The position numbers and the translations under genes were made by a program. DNA of 64,000 bases, from NCBI GenBank assembly GCA_034780895.1, contig JAUZTB010000076.1, positions 95,934,596 to 95,998,595 on the forward strand, given 5' to 3'. The stretch's first letter is position 1; every line of letters starts with the position of its first letter. The notes under the pieces are model-generated. The model saw only the letters and a list, made by a program, of their open reading frames with translations. It ran no database searches and was not told where the DNA came from. Source of the DNA: Rhynchobatus australiae. Its lineage: Eukaryota. Below are positions 36,683-48,429 of this stretch, piece after piece.

Positions 36683-38039
36683 TTCCTTCTGGATCCTCTC
36701 CTTTGTCTATAGAGACAGAAGCTCCTTTTGTGTCACTTAAAGCAAATAGTTTGCCCTAGTTTTTATCCTGAGATTTAGTTTGAATGCTTTCAATCTCTGT
36801 AAACCATCACTTAATCTAGTTCAATAATTCCTAAAAAGCAAGATAAGACTCTTTCTCTTGAGACACCTCCAAACTGATTGGCAGGATCAGCAAACCAATA
36901 TAGGTCCTGTCCCCAGTCACCAACATCCTGCCATCTCTGCTCTCACTGAATTGCTGTTGTAGCAGATGGGTGCACCTAGGCTACAGGCTGCCACCAGGTT
37001 CCTAAAGTAAGCACTCTACTCCTAAACTCCATCATCTCGGCAAGAGAACAGAGCAAACACTTCAAGGATGTTCTCAAAGTCTCTTTGGGTCAGGGAGAAG
37101 AGGAAATGTTCTCAACAGCTCGTGAAAATCTCTGATCAAAATGGCAAAGGTGTATCCAGGAAGACACGGAACTGCCAGTCTCTACAATGGAAGTAGGGTA
37201 GAAGGCATGCAGAAGCAGTGAAAGGACCACAAAATATTCCAAACCACCCTCCCATCGCTGGCAGAATCTGCAGTTCCCACCTGGGAGCCTTTAGCTGAGT
37301 TTGCAAATGGAGCAGAAGCAAATGTTTGATCCTAAGGGACTGCCTGAAGTAGTAACCCCATTGCTGAACCTTGTAGTCGCTGATCCTAACTTCTTATCTG
37401 AGAGCAATTTTTTGAGATCCTTAAGGCACTTATCTATATGAAAGATATTAAATAACTACAAATCATTCTCAATCCTGTGAGATTGCAGGGAGGTGGAATC
37501 ATTTAATTCATTCTCTGACAGGGAGTAATTTAGAGTTCTTTCTAACAATGTTACATTCAACCAGGAAGGAACATTGGAGCTTCAGGCAGGAGCAGTTTAA
37601 TGTTGCTAAATTTAGTGTATAATTGTCTTGCCACATTCTTTTCTGCATAGAACTGCAGTGGTTCTGATTGCTGAATAATTCAGAGCAGGAAAAATAATGG
37701 GTAAGTTTGACATTTGATGACCTTCACTGTTTATCGTCCTCTGATATACCTTTGTCATTCCGGCATAAGTTAAAACAATGAAGTTCAGGTTCAAAGCTGC
37801 AGCTTGGTCAGTCAGATGAGGGGCAGGAAGGAGTTATGGCTGAAAGGATGATAGAGGCATCATAGTTTTTAAAACAACATTATGGTGCCTCAGGCATCTT
37901 TAAGATTAAATATTGAAGTTTGTTTTCCCCCCAGAAGGTGGAACCTTCTGTATTTTATTGAAGAGAGTTGAGGATTTTTTTTGAAACAAATTGAAAATTT
38001 AAATTTTTTTTAGTGCAAATAAATGCAAAGATTTATTTT

Positions 38040-38202
38040 TGTGTGGTGGAGGCAAATACGATTAAGGCATTCAAATGGCTCTTAGGTGCAGGAAATGGAG
38101 GGCTATGGACATTGTGTAGGCAGAAGGGATTAGTTTAGTTGGGTATTTGATTAATTAGTTCAGTCCAGTGTCGTAGGCTGAAGGGCCTGTTCCTGGGCTG
38201 TG
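38040..38202 (+). mobile_element. CR1 3'UTR fragment
   Basis: GTGGTGGAGGCAAATACG...GGCTGAAGGGCCTGTTCCTG, similar to 36510-36670. Confidence 0.75.
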
Positions 38203-38314
38203 ATTTCTTTATTAGTCACATGTACATCGAAACACACAGTGAAATGCATCTTTAGCATAAAGTGTTCTGGAGGCAGCCCGCAAGTGTCGCACATCTTCAG
38301 GGGCCAATGTGGCT
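38203..38314 (-). mobile_element. SINE 3' part running into a gap
   Basis: TTTATTAGTCACATGTACATCGAAACACACAGTGAAA resembles the Rex1-like tail at 57834-57870. Confidence 0.5.
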
Positions 38315-38414
38315 NNNNNNNNNNNNNNNNNNNNNNNNNNNNNNNNNNNNNNNNNNNNNNNNNNNNNNNNNNNNNNNNNNNNNNNNNNNNNNNNNNNNNN
38401 NNNNNNNNNNNNNN

Positions 38415-39115
38415 AGCCATAGCTTTCTATGCCATGACATTTCAAGTACTTATCAAATTTGTGAGAGTATCTGCCTCCATCAGCCCCTTAGGCAGTGCTT
38501 TAAAAATGTCATTCACTCACTGGGTGAAAAAGTCCTCCTACCAATCCCCTTTAAATCTACTACCCCTTATCTTAATTCTGTGCCCTCTGGTAATGGACAC
38601 TACTGCTAAGGGAAGATGTTTCTCATTTTCTGCCTTATCTATGCCTCTCATAATCTTGAATTGCTCAAACAGCTTTACCCCCACCTCCACCCTCATCCTT
38701 CTCTGCTCCAAGGAGAACAGACTCAGCTTGTCTGGCCTCTCCCTCACAACAGAAAAGCTCCATTGCAGGCAACGTCCCTGTGAGTCTCTTCTGCAGCCCC
38801 TCCAGTGCAATCACATTTTTCCTATAGTGAACTACACTCAGTATTCCAGCAGTGGTCTAACTAATGTTTTGTATGGTTGTTCCAGAACTTCACTGCTTTT
38901 ATATTCTATTCAGAACTACCCTGCTTTTATATTCTATGCCCCAGCAAATGAAGGCAAATAACCAGTATGCCTTAACTATCTTATCTAACTGTGCTGTTGT
39001 CTTCAGGGATTTTTTGAACATGTAAACCAAGATCCTGCTGTTCCTCAGTACTTCCCAGGGTCCCTACATTCATTGTGTATACCCTAGTTTCATTAATCCT
39101 TTCAATATGCATCAC
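38415..39115 (-). mobile_element. CR1 LINE 3' region
   Basis: ORF 38538-38810(-): DKLSLFSLEQRRMR...FKIMRGIDK...TRGHRIKIRGSRFKGD. Confidence 0.88.
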
Positions 39116-40989
39116 TTGTTGGATTTTAGAACCAAGAATTGTTGGGTAAGATTCCCCCACTGTGTCAATAAATATTTGAAAATATCATACAGTATGTTAT
39201 TTCCATGGAAATAGTGAAATGGAGAAATGGAACTGCATGTGCCTAAAATACAACTGAAACGAAGGGGAAAGAAACAGAATACAATAGTATTTTACATTTT
39301 AAAATTTAATAACAAAACAAACGATTGCGCTTTCTCTTACTGCCATCTTGCACTTTTCTCACACTCATCCTGTCTGTGATGGAGGGTTCATCTGTGGCAT
39401 CACCTGTAAAGTTAGGCATTGTTGCACTTGGGTTCATCCACTAGAAGGTAGTCTTGAGCAATGACAATGTGACTCCTTTCTCCCCTCCTGAAGATGCAAC
39501 TGAGACTGGTTAAATCTGTTTTCCACTAAAGGCTGAAACTGGTCCCCCAAGGGGTTGCCAGGACGTGAGTGCCAGTCCAGATTCAGAAGTGAACTTGAGT
39601 ATCCTATTTGGAAAGTCTTTCACTGCAGAGTTATACTATCATGGCACCTTAGTACAAAGTAATTTGGAGAGAAGCAAAGTGTTACCAAGTGTCACATTTG
39701 GAATTGTTAAGAAATATGCATCCATTCCTGACAACTCTTGAGTGTTTTAGCTGCACGCCTTTGGTTGGTCTTGACCTGTTACACAGAACAGGGTTCCATT
39801 CTGCTTTGCATTTTTTTTTCCAAGGCTGTGATCAAACCTGTTTATACTTTCTCAGGTGCTTGGTGTCTGGGGAATGCAATGTCCTCTTGATGTAGAGTGC
39901 TCAGAGCACTAGCTATCATGAAAGGAACAACATCCTCCAACCACAATCATGACCAACGTACAGTGAACCTATTTGCTCTTGGAGAATGGGGATTTGACAG
40001 CAGTGGTTTTTGTAATGCTAGTTCCTGTCAGTAAGGCAGCCAGAAATCCAGTTTGTCACAACTTATAAACCTTCTGTGCACTATCCGCTTTCAGTCCTTA
40101 AAGAAAATGTACAATCTGCAGCACAGATGGTGGATGATGTTGAGTCTGTACACTAACCCTTGTGTACACAAAATTCCATTTATTCATTCCTTTTATGTGG
40201 GAGGTAACATCAGGATTTTTCTCCTTCCAGCTCCCTCCATCTTTAATCTGTGTCATCCTGGCTTGGCTCATGGCACCTTAGAAAGTGAGTGAAAACTTGT
40301 GGTTTAAACCATACTTTGGGGCTTGAATATATTATTGAAGATGGCATTTCACCGCAGAAATGAGGGAGTGCCAAATTGTCTGAGGGGCTATGTGGGAGGG
40401 AAGGGTTAGATCANNNNNNNNNNNNNNNNNNNNNNNNNNNNNNNNNNNNNNNNNNNNNNNNNNNNNNNNNNNNNNNNNNNNNNNNNNNNNNNNNNNNNNN
40501 NNNNNNNNNNNNNAGTTTTTGGGAGTTAATGTTTGGGGTTTAACATTTTTACTTCTAACATTCTAACATTTTTACTTTTATTTTTCTTATTATCTTAAGT
40601 AGTTATTAACAAAGTAGTTTTTAAACACTTATAAATGTCTTGGTGTGTTTCTTTTGTTGCTGGTATGTAACAGTATCACTGTTGGTGAATGGAGAAATTG
40701 TGGCTCTGTTTAATGGTGGAGCATTCAAATGAATCAATCTGGCCAGAAATGGAAGTCAAGGCTGTTGACTCTTTTCCTTTTGCTTCTCTTCTTCCATATC
40801 TTCTACTCGTATCTTCTCCTCTTTGTGTCCCGTAGCCACGTTTTAGTGCATTGTGGTGGTTTAACTGCAAATACTTAAGACTACTGCAGAACAAAGGTAT
40901 TTTGACGACTTTGCACATTCAAGACTGAGGCTGATTCAGAATAATTAAGGGCTATAGGATAAGTTACCTGTGATAACTTATCAGCTGTG

Positions 40990-41530
40990 ACCCTAATGAA
41001 TTGTGGTGCACTCAGAAGAGGCAAAATGGTCTGTTGCTGCGCCTAGTTCTAATGTTCTTATTCTTCTGCACACCATTGTCCTGCTTACTAGGCTGTGTAT
41101 GGTTGGAAATGAGCAAGTGGAATTCCTTCCAGTGCACCTCCAAGCTGATATGCAAGGAACAGAAACAATTATGCAGGCAGTCAATAACACCCTACATCTT
41201 TGGGAAGAGCATATTCCTTGCAAACCCAGGAGCTCATTCTGCCTTCTGATAAACAGCACTGGAGCATGAAATGTAATCAATTCTTTTTGAAAAGTATGTG
41301 TTAACGATTTCCCTTACGTGACAAGCTCAGATACTGCACAATGCTCCATCTGTGAAGGATTCCAATTTACAAACATTCAAAGCTACGGTAACTTTGACAG
41401 CCACTGGCAAAGTGGGCCCCACTCTCGTCTGGCATAGCAGCTGTGACTGATAGTGAGGAAGTCCTCCTGAAAGCGTGCCATATCTCCGTCTCTTCTGAAG
41501 GCTCATGTGGGCCAATTGCTCTCTGAAGGT
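40990..41530 (-). mobile_element. PIF/Harbinger transposase (HARBI1-like DDE) relic
   Basis: Minus strand gives TLPVAVKVTVALN (~41375-41420), then AE*APGFARNMLFPKM*GVIDCLH (~41170-41242; compare GFPxVxGxIDCTH around the first catalytic Asp), then VHWKEFHLL (compare NRKGFHSLN). Stops and frameshifts present. Confidence 0.8.
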
Positions 41531-42112
41531 GCTACCTCCTCCTCTACAGCCTCTTTCATGGCTACCTCTTCTTTCAAGAAACCGTCTCCCTTTCCTCCTC
41601 CTACTCGTTTGTCCTGCTCAAGTTCACAGCCGTGTTGCAGTCAAGGGGAATGTCTAGTAATAGTCACATGTGGAGGCAGCTGGCCCATGCAACAATATGG
41701 TCAAATCATCAGCACCTGGCACCGCACTCCCTGGAGACCTCACCAATTTTAATAAACTCTTGAAAGCACCAACCCCTTGTACAACCAGAGCAGCAGCCAG
41801 TAGAAATCAATCTGCTATGAGCTGATGCTCCTTTGACGTGGGATGAGTGGGAGTCCTTTGTGCTGTGAATCATGTGTTCAGCTGCGTACACCCCAAGACA
41901 GGAGGCTAGCTGGAGCTTCAATCTCCAGTTCAGTAGCACTGGCATTGGTTAAGCCCTGTGAATTACTATGCCTTACATCACCAAAATGCCCACATTATAA
42001 CCAATATGAGGTCTGTGACACCCAAACAATGGGAGACAAATTTTGCATGGCTGGATTGCAGAAAGAAATGCCAATTCAAATGCATCAAAACCATTTAATA
42101 ACTATAAGTTAC

Positions 42113-42957
42113 CTAAGATAACTATCTTCATAAAAGCCATGAAGCCATGCTCATCTTTTCCTTCCACAATCTGTGCACCTCCACCAGGATCTGTCAGATA
42201 GACAAAAAAAAATTCTCGGCCCTCGGGTTCATTGTCGTTTAAAATTCTGATAGATATGTTGATTTCCTTTTCCTCATCTTGCAGAGTAACATTCAAAGCT
42301 TCATCTTCAAAATCTTCTCCCTCTTTGGCCCAGGAAAGACTGGAATTTTGCTGGTTGGTTTGAAAGGGGGTTTCTTGCAGACTGCTTACAAGTTTCTTTT
42401 CTCCAAAGGTCACAACTCTCACACTGACGATCCCAGTAAATCCCAGAGTCCTTCGAATATGAAGTATTACATTTACTGTATTATTATCAGTGTCCTCTAT
42501 AGTGTGTATCACAGTGGGTCCAATACTTAAAACACCCTTGGTGGCATCATTGGCAATAATAGTTATAGATGACACACTAAAGTTTGGATTCAAGTAAGGT
42601 TTTTCTTCTGCATCATTTGGCTTATAACCCAGAACTTCAATGCTGGACAAATTTAAGTAAAACACTTCATCAATTTCTGGAATCTTATCATTGATGATAA
42701 ACAACTTAATAATAGCTTCAATCTGATATGAAGTAAAGATGAGTTCTCCTTTTTGGATGTGCTCATAATCTTCATCAGGTTTGGCACTTCCTGCTGTTGT
42801 ACAGTAGGTCAGTTTTGTTTTGTTGCCACGGAAACCAAAGAGTCTCTGGATATGCAAAGTAGTTACACCTATATCTTCTTCTATTCTGAGCTGCCTTGAA
42901 TTAGGGGCAAGTTGGAAGACTCCAAACGGCTCAATTTCAGCTACAGTGAATCCTGAT
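42113..42957 (-). CDS. ADGRV1: Isolated internal exon of ADGRV1 (VLGR1/GPR98) encoding two Calx-beta repeats
   Basis: Acceptor ttcttgctgtttactttttatag|A at 42958/42957; donor TTAG|gtaact at 42113/42112; 845 nt with no stop. SGFTVAEIEPFGVFQ..LHIQRLFGF..TTAGSAKPDEDYE..INDKIPEIDEVFYLNL..IRRTLGFTGIVSV..ILNDNEPEGREFFFVYLTDPGGGAQIVEGKD closely matches the recalled C-terminal Calx-beta region of ADGRV1. Whether it is functional at this locus is unknown. Confidence 0.88.
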
Positions 42958-43454
42958 CTATAAAAAGTAAACAGCAAGAAAGTATAATTCATGTGTAAAT
43001 ACCTGCCATTGGAATATTAATAGATAATTACAACAGCAAAGTCCACTCATCCCATTTAATTCATACATCCAATAGCACCCATTCCTTAAATGATCTCAAT
43101 GGTATTTCCTCCAACAATCTAGTGTTAGCTATAAATTTCCATTTAACAGTTGCCCCTTTGTCCTTTGAAGTAATATTGGATTTACATTCCAAACAACCAT
43201 GTTGTACCTCAGACTCCAGGTTTCTCTATCTTTCCTCTTTATCATTCTTGTAACACTAGGGTTATCCTCATGACTTTTCCCCAGACAGTTTTTAGTGTTA
43301 GAGAACATCATCAAGAGGAAATGAACATCATTTCAATGTTTAGTATGCCTGAGTTGTGGGCAATATCCTCTTCCAATTTTTAGTCAATCGTTCTGATTAT
43401 CAGCTTTAACATTTTATTTCATTGTTGACATTCACCCACCTTACAAATGCTACT

Positions 43455-43960
43455 ACCACCAGTACTTGAAAAGCACCTGAAGGGCAGCAAAGTGTCCCAC
43501 CACCACTCCACAAGAACGCATCAACAAAAAAGTGTTATCAAGGCACATAATGAGATTTTAGGGAAGATGATGGAGATATCAGACTGCAGATGCTGGAATC
43601 TGGAGCCACAAGCAATCTGCTGGAGGAACTCAGTGGGTCGAGCAGCATCTGTAGGAGGAAAGGAATTGATGACGTTTTGGGTCAAAACCCTGCATCGTGA
43701 CTGAGAGATGAGATGGCCAGTATAAAGAGGAGAAAGGGAATGGTGAGAAAGCAGTCCAAGGTGATTGGTGGACAGAGGAGAGGTATAAAGTGACAGTCAG
43801 GTTGTGCCAGGGAGAGGATGGGAGTGGAAATAGAGTTGGGGAAGATGATAGATGCTTAGTCAAAAAGGTAGGTCTTCGAAGAAACTGAGGTAGAGAGGCA
43901 GAGTTCAGGATCTGGGCATCTGAAGCCTTGACTGTCAATGAAGTGATTAAATTTGGAAGT
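43455..43960 (-). mobile_element. Old L2-like 3' end interrupted by a Penelope-derived terminal fragment (43572-43838)
   Basis: The insert CTGCAGATGCTGGAATCTGGAGC...GAGCAGCATCTGT...GGGTCAAAACCCTGCATC is a reverse-complement homologue of 2575-2695. It is flanked by GGGAAGATGAT at 43561-43571 and 43839-43849. Confidence 0.65.
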
Positions 43961-44879
43961 AATCATGAGGCCTTTATAACTACAGTGACTGAAGTATTAA
44001 GGTCATTCATTGGTTGTTAAGTTTCTTGGGACAACATGGGATCGTGTTGAGATTTATAAATCAAGTTCTTCTAATTTGCAGAGGTTTTTGAACCATTTTA
44101 TATTATAATACATGAGAATTTTCTCTTTGCTGCCTCTTACAAACCCTAAATTTGATTGTGTGTTTAGTCGAATCAGCAGCAATTTTCTACAGCTTTCATT
44201 TCAGAGTGGGATTGAAAATACTATTTGTTCTGTCAATCAAAGTGATGTCACTCCAGATCCTGATTTCTGAGTCATAGAACTGCAAATGAGCATCATTTAA
44301 ACTGACCTTAACATTATGAGCAGTGAACTTCCTCTTTATATATTTCCAAATTTTATGATAATGTAGTACATTCATATGTTGCTATTCACATTATGAGAGA
44401 TGCTTACATACTTTTGCTTACAAGATTTACATTATATCAGGAAAAAATGACATCAATTTTTCTTTCACATACTTTCTATTAGCATTGTCCAAGGGGTTTT
44501 ACACAGGTTCCCAGTCCCTCATTGTGCGATATCAGGAGGGTCTTAAATTGTGGCTTTTGTGGAGATGGCAGTGAGCTTCAGTGAGTTCCTCAGCACATTG
44601 GAATGTTGCTGTCTGCAATATTCAGTTGTGGTCAACCCCTTTTTATGGGCAACCAGCAAATTTTGGGCTGACCAAATTGTGCTTTTCACTGAGTTGATAA
44701 TCTTTCAGCAGCAATGTTTGTTCAGTTGTGCTTCCCAGGGAACAGCCCATGGACCACCCCATGGACCACAAACAGTCCTATGAAAGATTTAGTACTTGGC
44801 AAAAAATTAGGATTATCAATGTTCAATGTATACAGATACACTTGATGGGGCTGCTGCTTCACTTTCAACTGTAGCTTGA

Positions 44880-45240
44880 TGCAGTTAATGATAGTGCATT
44901 TTATACTGCTTCTTCACAGCCCCAGGGTTCAATCCTGACCTCGACTCCTGTCTGTGTGGAGTTTGCTTATTCTTCCTGTGACAACAGAGATTTCCACCGG
45001 ATGCTCCAAATTCCTCCAACATCCAAAAGCATGCTGTTAGGTTAATTAGCCAATGTAAATCGCCCTCAATGTAGGTAAATGGCAAAAGAACCAAACGAGA
45101 GGTTGGTGGGCTTGTGAAAGAGAGCAGGTTGAAATGTTGCAGGGGGATATGACGAGGGCAAATGCGATTGATGTGATTGCTCTTCAGAGAGTCCTGTGGA
45201 CTCACTAGGCTGAATGGCCGCCTGCTTTGTGGATTGTATG
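44880..45240 (+). mobile_element. tRNA-derived SINE (V-SINE/HE1-like)
   Basis: B-box-like GGGTTCAATCC (44926), then CTGTCTGTGTGGAGTTTGC and a GGCTGAATGGCC tail. Confidence 0.85.
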
Positions 45241-48200
45241 GCAGAGATTTTCTTTGTCATGATATCTGTACAGCATTGTTTGCCAACTTCCCTTCCTCCG
45301 TTTTTGTTCAAAAATGTGGATGAGGTTCATAAGGGGATTTTTCAAAGGATACACATTGCACTTTAAAATAATTTCTTTGTATGCCATAAGATGTTAATTC
45401 CGATTGGCCCAGTACTGTAAATGATACCTAATTAATACAGATTGTATTTTCAAAATGTCATTTACTTTTGAGGGAGGATATTGACCCTCCCATCCCACTT
45501 AATTTGCTTTTTTGTTGCAACAATAGAAAGAGTAGTTTACATTGGAGAACAGTTGATAATTGTGGCTATATTCCAATCCCTTCCCCCACACAGTCAGCAA
45601 GCACTACAGAGGGAGCGGGAAAGGTCACTGTTGGCATTAGTGAAATTGAGGCTTGATTTTGGAATTTCTGAAGGTTCTGAGGAAAAAAGTTTGAAACTGT
45701 GCCTGAGGTATTCTGATACACAGGTTCCTCATCACTTTCACAAAATGTCTGCTCCTGATCTTGACATGTTTAGCTATTATTAGCATGAGGCTATCTGAGA
45801 GTGGCACTTTTAGCTGCCACTTAAGCGCCTGACACTTGGTTTACATCAGAATAAATGAGGTTTTAGGCTGGTTTGGCTTCACTGAAAGTAGACAAAAGAA
45901 ACAGCTACCATGGAAATGTAATCCAGCACCAACAAGCAAATGTGCCATGACTGATGTGTTACATTTTTAAAATTGTAATTAAAACTTTTAATGGGCAACT
46001 GGCCTTTTTTTTAGCATTTGCCAATTGAACTCAATTTTCTTTTTGAGGTTTTGAAATATTTTCAAGTGTCTCAATTCTTCGCCTCTTGTTCAGAGAGAAT
46101 TTGCTTCCTGGCTGCCAGACGCTTCGGATTTGTTGCAGTTTTGCTCCAGGAGTTGGCTGGACTTTTTTTTATATAAAAAGATGAAAGTTTTTTTGAAACC
46201 TAGTGAAAGGACAGTCAGTAGTAATAGTTGGCTGCACAGTGGGCCTGTGCAGCTACAACTGTTGCATGCTGCAGGGCCGCAGGGCTCCTCCACAGGACTT
46301 ATTTTAAACACGGAAATGTGGGCGGGATGTTGAATTGCAGCCAGCTGGGGCCCTCTGGGATGCACACCTTTCAGCTGCTTGTTTGAAATAAGTGATAACA
46401 TTATACTTCTCTAGTCCCCTTGCCAATTTTTTTTCTAGCTTCATGAAGTTCAACTCTTGTCCCTAATATAGAATTTAATTATCTGGTGAACTTTGCAATG
46501 AAATGCTGTGTTTTTATATATAAGTGGTATAAATTGACAGTACTGGAATAAGTCATTCATCCCTTCAAGCCTGTTATTTCATCAGTTAGATTGTGGCTGA
46601 TCCATGTTCATTAAATTTTCCCAAATTTGTACAGGAGGCTCCTGCATCCATATCTAGGGACCTGATAATTTTTGGCTTAAGTACAGTTGTTTCTTGGGTT
46701 TTTTTTGCATGTCTGCACTGCCCACAGATGCAGCACAGATTGAAATTCAGGACTGAATTTTCAGTTAAGTGGTTAACAAAAATATCCTTCATCCCTCCTT
46801 CACTAACAACCTCCCCTATCTATTCCACCCACCCCACCCAAATTATNNNNNNNNNNCTCTCTCTCTCTCTATCCCTCCCTCCCCCCCAAATTTCTGAATT
46901 GCTCCACTGGCAGTGTGAACACAAATATTTACCCCAGTGGCTTTGTGGAGATAGCAGTTCTAAACTGTAGCTAACCACAGAGTTTGAAACAATCTGTGGC
47001 TCTGCTCTTAGCATTGCTAAAGGTAGTGTGTGCCCTAGAAGATGGGCAAGAACTTGATGTCAGATGGTATGGGAGATCTATTGGAGTGCCCAAAGGATGA
47101 GAACTTGTTACTCCTGTTTCAGGGTTACATAGTGATATTCATACTGAAAAGTAGGAATTAGTCTAATATGCAGATGATGCCATATTGCCTTGGAGGAAAT
47201 GGGAGAGCCAAGAAGATACAGAAAGAACCTAGAAAATATTTGTAGGTGAGCAAGACCATAAGGCAGGAAGATCTTACATACTGGAACAAAACATTGAGAC
47301 ATGCATAATGAATGGGTTTAGGAAGAGGCTGAAATTAGGAATGACAGTTGATTATTGACCACGTCCAGTCATCATGAAGTGACAGTTGTAGAATACCAAC
47401 AGAATGCCTGAATGCTGGATCTGTAGGGTACAAGTCTGAGGCTGAATGAAAATCTTTAGTGGTTAAGTCTCCCTGACCCTTGATAATACTTGTCTAGCAA
47501 TTAGATCACATTTCCCTGTTTATTTCTGACCCACATGATTGAAAATGTTCCTTTGTTTTGCATTACTGCTAAGTTTCTATCAGGCTGATGACCACTGGCA
47601 TTTTCTTCCTGTACCAACTCAACCACTCCACCTGCCCTTGGTTGTGGGTTTGTAAAAATGTGCAATGCCTGGCCACGAGTTTCTGGTGCTACTGAGGCTA
47701 CAAGAGCACAACTGAAACAGACATTGGACATGGCACTGCAACTCCATTTTCAATTTTAAGGTGTTTAAAATTTCTAGGTAAATATGTGCTGTCCTGGTTG
47801 TACAGATACAAGCAAATATTTAAAAGAGACATAACAAAACTTGATGAGTTTTAGAGTAATGTTGAAAGATTTGACAGCCTTGCCATTTTTTTTACCCTGT
47901 AGCATTTGGGGGAGTTGGTGGTGAAGGTGAATGAGAGAAATACCAAATTGAATAATGGAGGTTAACCCTAAGCACAGTTTCACATTAAATTGTAGCTTTG
48001 GGTTAAGTGGGTATAGGTACAAGCTAACAAAGCCAAGATTATGACTGATGTCGGGGACCATTTCCTCAAACATGCTTGGCATAGACTTCTAAAGTATATA
48101 ATGAATATAAGGACCTTGGAATCATAAAAATGTTACTTTGCATGCTGTGAAAGGGATGGACTGCATAGCTCACTTACTGTATGTTGAGAATTGAATAAAT

Positions 48201-48429
48201 GTATCACTTGGAATGGTCCTGTTGAATATAGTCCGCAATCAAATCCGGATCGGTAAGGTTCTAGCTGGTGTTATTATTACTTTCTTTATAGATGGGTGAG
48301 TTTTCTCTTGAGCTAATTTTTTTTTTTACTAGATGCTTTTTCTGGTCAGCAGGATCATAACAGGGAACGTGGCTGGTCAGTTTGAAATGACAGCCGGGTC
48401 ATTGTGATTGGTTGTTCTCAATTCTGCTA

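Noticed and set aside
40514-40672. Possible LTR 3' end (…TGTAACA) after the gap
   Set aside because: No matching 5' end or second LTR is visible; the gap hides the rest.
41003-41269. 88-aa + strand ORF with protein-like composition
   Set aside because: It is the antisense reading of the Harbinger transposase relic.
42102-42992. ORF-track 296-aa ORF as a standalone single-exon gene
   Set aside because: Its first residues (MNYTFLLFTFY) translate the polypyrimidine tract of the acceptor, and its last residues run through the donor. Similarity is confined to the spliced exon.
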